From the human T2T-CHM13v2.0 reference genome, Homo sapiens, in assembly GCF_009914755.1 (NCBI RefSeq), contig NC_060934.1: a stretch of 64,000 nucleotides of DNA; one strand, written 5' to 3'. The notes under the pieces are model-generated. The model was not told the DNA's origin and ran no database searches. It saw only the letters and a program-made list of their open reading frames with translations. Positions 57,833 to 64,000 of the stretch are shown here, piece by piece; within the stretch, counting starts at the first letter, position 1, and each line of letters begins with the position of its first letter. The translations under genes and the position numbers were made by a program.

Positions 57833-60800
57833 CACCCAGGCCTCGGAGCTGCCCACCCTGTGCTACTTTAGCCTGGAGTCCTGGCTACAGCAAAGACCAA
57901 GGGGCTCAATCTGCTCTGGGGCCACCTCCTCCCTGCGCCCCCTCCATCCCCACCACTGGGTGTGTGGGGAATGGAACTGCAAAGCTTACAATAAACTCAG
58001 CAAGCTCACCTGACTGAGCATTTACCAAGCCAGAAAGCCTCCTTTCCACGCGCTGTCGGTCTGCAAGCATGGAGTCTAGGGAGACACTGTAGAAAAGCCA
58101 TCATACTAGCACACGGTCAGGCACGTTCAGTACGCACAGGTTTATACCAACATCTAAACTATTTTAGGAAAAGGCTGTGGAGCAGAACATGCTGGGTGTG
58201 CAACTGAAACCTAGACCTAGGTTCAAATCTGACGTCTGTTCTTGCCAAGTGCCAAGAGAAATCAATTAACCCCCCTTATCCATCAATTTATAGGAATAAA
58301 GGTAAATACCTCAACCTTGTAAGGCTGTGCCACACACATAGGACCAACTCAAGCTGTGCAGCGTCTGGCACGCATGCCACATGAGGCTTCCTTTCCGGGG
58401 CAACTGGCTGGACCATTCTGGGCCCTCCAGATTAAAAGGGCCCTTTTCAACTCTGCTTTCCTGACCAGAGAAGGCCTGGGACATGAGCCCCAAGCTCCAC
58501 CACTCAGCCCTCCCCCCAAGTTCACTGAAAGATACCCCCATCCTGAACTCCAACTGGAGCCATCTCTCTCCACTCCCTTTTCAGGGGGCAGCTTTCAAAG
58601 GGTACAATTCCTCACTCTCAATAAAGCAATGCTTCCTGCCTTAGAAAACCATCAACAAGTTTGTATGGAAAATAAGCTCTTGAGTTGTCAAAAACCCATG
58701 GCTAAAGGAGAACCCAAATGGTGCCAAGCTACCAGGGGAGGTGGCACCTCCAAGAGTGGCAGAAGGGTCCCAAGGACTGTTCAGGTCCACGGTCTCTTTC
58801 TCTGGACCCATCACTCCAGCCAGTCTGGTCCAGGCTAGGACGGAGTAGGGATGGGGGTGATAGATAAGACCAGGTCTGGCCAGCCAGGCTCTTCCCAGAA
58901 CCAACACAATCCCAGCACACTGTGGCCAGAAGCATCCTCAAAACAGGACTTTGCGCAGGCTCAGATTCAGTCCTAAGGCACCAGAAAAAACAGCCTTAAA
59001 TTTGACACTGCCAAGTCCTGGGGGGGCGGACACAGAAGGTCTCATCTAGATCACACATAGACTCTGAAAACCTTCTCATATTGAAGAACGGGAGCTATTA
59101 ACTGTGTTAACGGCATGCACAGATGTTGTCTACATCTAAAAATTCCCAAATACATCAATTAGCATATTATAAAGAATTTACTTCCATTTTCCCTTGACAG
59201 ATCATAAAGACCAAAATGTAACGCTCATGTTTGAATTGACAAGTGCGTATGGCAGAAGATGCTGTATTAAATGCAGACAACAGTGAAAAAAATGGTATTT
59301 GATGATTGGCCACCCAATTCTCAGAGTACAATGTCAAAAGCCAGAAATCCATTTATTTAGTAACCAAAGCTCAATATCACACAAGTCACTTGGGCTCTGG
59401 TAAGGGAAGTTCTACCATCTGCACTTGGTAATTCCACTGTTCCGCTCATTTCCTAGGTAAGATACTGGGAGCATGTGTGGAAAAGCAAGACAAGGCTACA
59501 ACCCAGGGGCAAATACACGTGCACACACGTACACAAATCAAAGGAACAAACATTTTTGGAAAAAAAATTTTTTAATTTAATTTTTAAACAAAAATAAAAG
59601 AAGGCGTAACAACATTCTTATGTGCTGAAATTCTAAGCATGTCTTTATTTGTATGTTTAGAAAGGATCCTTTTACAGGAAGGAAGGGCTGGAGGAGATAA
59701 GGATGAGAGGAAAAACGCGAATAACATAAAACTAAAATTAATAGATGCAGAGTTGTCCTTCTTCCCATTCTTCCAGAATCCTCTTCCTAGATTGCAAATC
59801 AAAATCTGCATTTAAATAGAATGTTTTTAGTGTAGGAAAGAGGAAGCCCTAGGGTACAAAGGTATTGCATTCAGGATCTATGGGCACAATACTGTATTTT
59901 AAATGAGATGAAGACTTTTGAAATTTACTGAATATATGACATATTCCAAACTGTCTTGTTATTACTACTATTTTTACTAAATTCTTCTATCCTAATAGGT
60001 GTTTCTCTTTTATGGCCAGAACTTTTAATAAAAGTAATGTGATATTACATCATTCTATCAATTAAATCTTGAGAAAAGATTACACGATCCAGGGATCTTA
60101 TAAGCTGTGGGCTCTGATAATTCCAGCCATTATTCAGTGTGAAATTCAAACAGTCTGAATTCATTAACATTGGTTGTTACAAATCGGCATTTTTAGACTT
60201 TGCCATAAAATGCAGGAGTCCAGACCCAGTGACCTGAATCTAACCGCCTTTCATGTGAAGTGGCCGTGTTCCCGGCCTCTCCCAGTGTGGCTCTCGAGAG
60301 AAAGCCTCATGTCTTCGTCCTCTCCATGGCTGGCCTCAGGCTCTTTGGTCACACTTAATGTTCAGGCAAATTGCAGAGACCTCAAGCCATTTAAAGGAGT
60401 AGAGACATGTTCCCAGGGAAGGATGTCCATTACGAAACAGATGTCCAGGTGGGCATAGGAGCGGGTGCAGCAGCATGGTGCCAGCACCTCGCCTTGGCTG
60501 CGGCTGGGATCAGCACACCCTCACAACTAAAACCCCAATGCGTGACATTTGGGAAAGGCTTCATGGAAACCCCAAACCTTTCACTGCTTGATAGGAAAAC
60601 ATTATTACCAGGTCGATGGGCAAGGAGTGAGCAACCCACATCCCAAGTGCCAGGTGGAAGACAGAACCTTCAGGAACACAGCAGACCTTCACGACCAAGA
60701 AAGGTTTGAGTTCCGTTCGTCTTGCATCGAAATGTTCATTGCAACATAGACCACAGGTACCGGCTTGGAGAGATGCAACCTGTACTACCTTCCCCTCCAG

Positions 60801-60879
60801 CCCAGCCAGGCGAGCAGGGCATCTCCCACATGCTAAGCCTTTGGCTGTGTGCATTTACTGCTGCTACTGCAGCAATCAT

Positions 60880-61030
60880 CTTTGTGTGTGTACATATATT
60901 CATGGGGTACAAGTGCAATTTTCTACATCCATACATTGCATTGTGGTGAAGTCAGGGCCTTCAGTGCCTCGATCGCTGAAACAATGCACATTGTACCCAC
61001 CAAGCCACCTCTCATCAGCCTCCCTCGTCA
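60880..61030 (-). mobile_element. L1MA/MB-like 3' end fragment
   Basis: tacatatattcatggggtaca.gtg.aatttt, gtggtgaagtcagggc. Confidence 0.65.
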
Positions 61031-61079
61031 GTCCCCATAATGTCATTCCAGACTCAGCAGTCATTCTTGACTAAGCTCT

Positions 61080-61232
61080 TAACATGTACCAGGTATCTGT
61101 TAAGCCCCGTTCAGTACTGTTTCATTGAATCCCCACAACTCTGAGATTAAGCACTACTACCTGCTGCATTTGCAAGAGGGGGAAACTGAGGCACTAGGCT
61201 CAGAGGGGCATAGTTTGTCCAAGGTCAACACC
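61080..61232 (-). mobile_element. MIR
   Basis: aatccccacaactctgag..gaggggaaactgaggcac..ttgtccaaggtca. Confidence 0.7.
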
Positions 61233-62307
61233 ATCAGAGGAGGACAAGGTCAAGTTGTAAACATTTTTTGGCCATACCATGAGGACTCTGCCCTCCTGCC
61301 ATCACCAAGGCCAGGACCAAGTCCTGTGCAATTAGAATCATTACCTTCCCCTTGCAAACATCAGGAGGAAGTGCCAGAGCCGCTGGGGCTCCTGGAGGGA
61401 GTGACTGTTATGATGCAATTCCATGCTAAAGAATTCTTCCTGGCCACATCAAACTCTGCATCAATCTGCTCTGTTTAAACACACAGGCAGAGAGGGCTTT
61501 CCGGCCTTCAGCAGGCCTCTGCAGTGCTGCCACTTAAGCCCAGGGTTTGCAGGGGGGTGGGGATCAGAGCACAAATCAATGTTGAGTCCTCCTTCCCAGA
61601 GGAAGCTGTCGCCCTGTGTCATGGTTTAGAGGTCATCTTCTGCTGTAATGAGGGAGTGGCAGTGAGTTTCAATTGAATTACAAAAAGCCAGGAGTACTGT
61701 ACTCTCATCAAAGTGAAGGTTTTTTTTAACAAATGTGGGACTGGGGCCGTCAGTTACACATGCAGGAAACACCAGCTTCCAGGCCTCTGAAGGTGAGCAA
61801 AGCAGCAGCCACCATGCTGGGTCCTTGAATTTGATACAGAAGCCATCTGAGCTTTGTCTCGAGGGACCCAGGCCTACAGGACTTGCAGAGCCAGTGGGCC
61901 TTCTTGCTGTCCTCATCATCCCAGCTTGGATGTAGTCAGGTTGGCTGAACCACATTATCCCTCACCTACGAGGCTGCCGCAAGAGCAGCACCCACAGGTG
62001 GCGGGAGAGTACAGCTGGGTCCCCACACCCTACCTGCATGGGTTTAGACTCCCCGCCCTACTTGCACAAAGGAGAGGCGGGGGCATGACTTCACTTCCCT
62101 GCGGTGGAAAGCTCAAGAACACGGCGTGATTATCTCAGAACATGCACACCTCCCCTGAACAGGTAGTATAACATGCTGGGTTGCCTTCTGTCTGCAGAAA
62201 ACACTCCCAGCTAACACAGAACCAACCCAGCCTTCCAGACAGCTGCTGCGATGCGCTCCTACATGTGCCCAGCCCACTCCACACCCCCCTGGCCCCACTG
62301 CAGCCTG

Positions 62308-62412
62308 GATTCATTCATTCAAAAAATTACTTCTGGGGCATCTACAATATGCAGGCCATGCACAGAATTAAGGGGACAATGAGCTCAAGGAGCTAGCTCT
62401 GCTTCAGGGAGC
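62308..62412 (-). mobile_element. L2 3' end remnant
   Basis: attcattcattcaaaaaatt..gcatctacaatatgcagg. Confidence 0.5.
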
Positions 62413-64000
62413 TGCGGAAATCACTCTGGAAGGTTCTAAGTTCGTAGTCAGAGTCCTGCTCCTTGGTCCAAGTCCATTTACAACACTTTTTAACTTCCCC
62501 TGATACAGGAATCAGAAGGCTCAGGGAGTGAGAAGAGACACCCTTGGCTGCTGCACTAAGAGGGACTGAAGACTCCCTCCAGACAACAGGCCACCCAGGC
62601 AGAGGGAGCCCAAATGCTCACAGGAAAGCCAACCCCAGGAGGTACAGACGCTTCTGCGACATGCAGAAGAGACAAAGTGGCCTCGAGCAGCTGGAGCCAA
62701 GGTCTCCTAGGACGCAGGCCCCATCCATGCCCCCCAGGCGTCCCACCACCGCGGAAGTGGGTGATAGGGAGGACTCACTTGCCATGACCAGCTGAACCAA
62801 GGGGTATATCCTACAAACCTGCAGTGTCCGGGAAAGAGGCGAGCTTCCCCCAGGAAAGGGGGCAAGCCTGTCCCACAGCTCTGGGACCCTCCTGTAAGCA
62901 CCCTCCCACCCCTGCTGAAGAGCCTCTCCCCCTACATCCCTGAGGAAACTGATCACCCAAGCTGAATTTTTCAAGGAGTTGCAGGTTACACCCTACCCAC
63001 GACAACAAAGGTTTCCTTTGAGTTAAACAACGTATAGCTGAACCGGAAGAGGGAAGGTGACCACGGGAAAGGTGTTGCATTACAAGGCTCAGGAATTCGA
63101 TACCTTCACCACCAATTCTCGTTTTCCACAAATCCCTATTAAAAGACAGCACGGTACCGTTCCCAGAAATCAAGGCTCACACCACGTGGAGCTGACTGGA
63201 TGCTCACGGGGACATTCGATCCCAGCGGCCTGGAGAAAGGACGGAACAGGAGGACCCTGTGCGGGCGCCATTGTTGTTCATCAGTATACATTTATAAAGA
63301 AACGGAAATTAAACACTGTCATCAGATGCTCTGCACTGCTGCTCATCCACGGCTGTGTTTTTTCATCCTCCCACATTAACATTTCCCCCTAATGTTCTAT
63401 CTTTTTGCCATATATAATTAATTTTAACAGCTTCTGCAACTTCCCCACAGGTTGTTGCTGTTTCTTTTAAACAGTATACTGCTGAGAAATTGATTTGTTT
63501 GCTCCGCGTGCCTGAAGAAACCACATTATGAAATATGTATAAATGTCACTGTTCGGGCTGCTTCTCAGGATAAGTGCAGAAAAACGTTCCATTTTACCTC
63601 CTTACACAGGAGTCCACTCACGGAGGCTACTCGCATGTATTACCCGTGTGCTCACACACAAATGCCGATGAATTACGCAGCATTTTCTTTGAAAACCTCC
63701 TATTTATCCTTAACTGGTACAAGGCTAGGGGAATCATCTTAATTGCTACATGGAAAGAATGAATTGCAAAAGCATTCAGTCGACCAAGAAGACTTTATTT
63801 TTAACAGCATGGGGCCAGGTGGAAGTTGCCAAGTTTGCCAAAAATAAATGAATCAACCAATCAATAAAGCAAATGTGTTCAGCTGGTGTTAAATGAATGC
63901 CTGGGAAGAAGGAAGCCACAGACAGCACGTCCTTCTTTCTCCCCTTCTCCCGCCCCCACCCCTGTGAAAACACCAGGCCCGAGGACACGAGGGTCATGGG

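Noticed and set aside
57518-58017. Charged ER-repeat and LS-repeat proteins
   Set aside because: These are translations of the GA microsatellite.

Overview
Primate, almost certainly human, genomic DNA. About 30 Alu elements, MaLR LTRs, old L1/L2/MIR and MER20 remnants and microsatellites are interspersed with unique, enhancer-like sequence. No convincing protein-coding gene, CRISPR array, rRNA or tRNA is present, and the ORF track is essentially noise. Splice and polyA signals outline the 3' part of a spliced minus-strand non-coding transcript: a 103-nt exon (46414-46516), an ~88-nt exon (8318-8405), a 126-nt exon (7461-7586) and a terminal exon (7353 to ~6646, AATAAA at 6663-6668). From memory this layout matches the lncRNA LINC-PINT (7q32.3); that identification is unverified and needs BLAT. 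I found no clear new multi-gene system. The best leads are: (1) an 18-nt candidate microexon with a branch point and a nearby 13-bp hairpin, which would put a stop into a spliced 50-aa sORF; (2) alternative polyA sites that would toggle inclusion of an inverted-Alu duplex; (3) a zero-spacer p53-type element next to the 103-nt exon; (4) a short interstitial telomeric repeat abutting TAR1/TERC-like sequence; (5) a dense cluster of ACGTG cores; (6) a phase-consistent antisense 3-exon ORF with a strong Kozak context and a myristoylation-like start. Repeat boundaries and subfamily calls are by eye and approximate.
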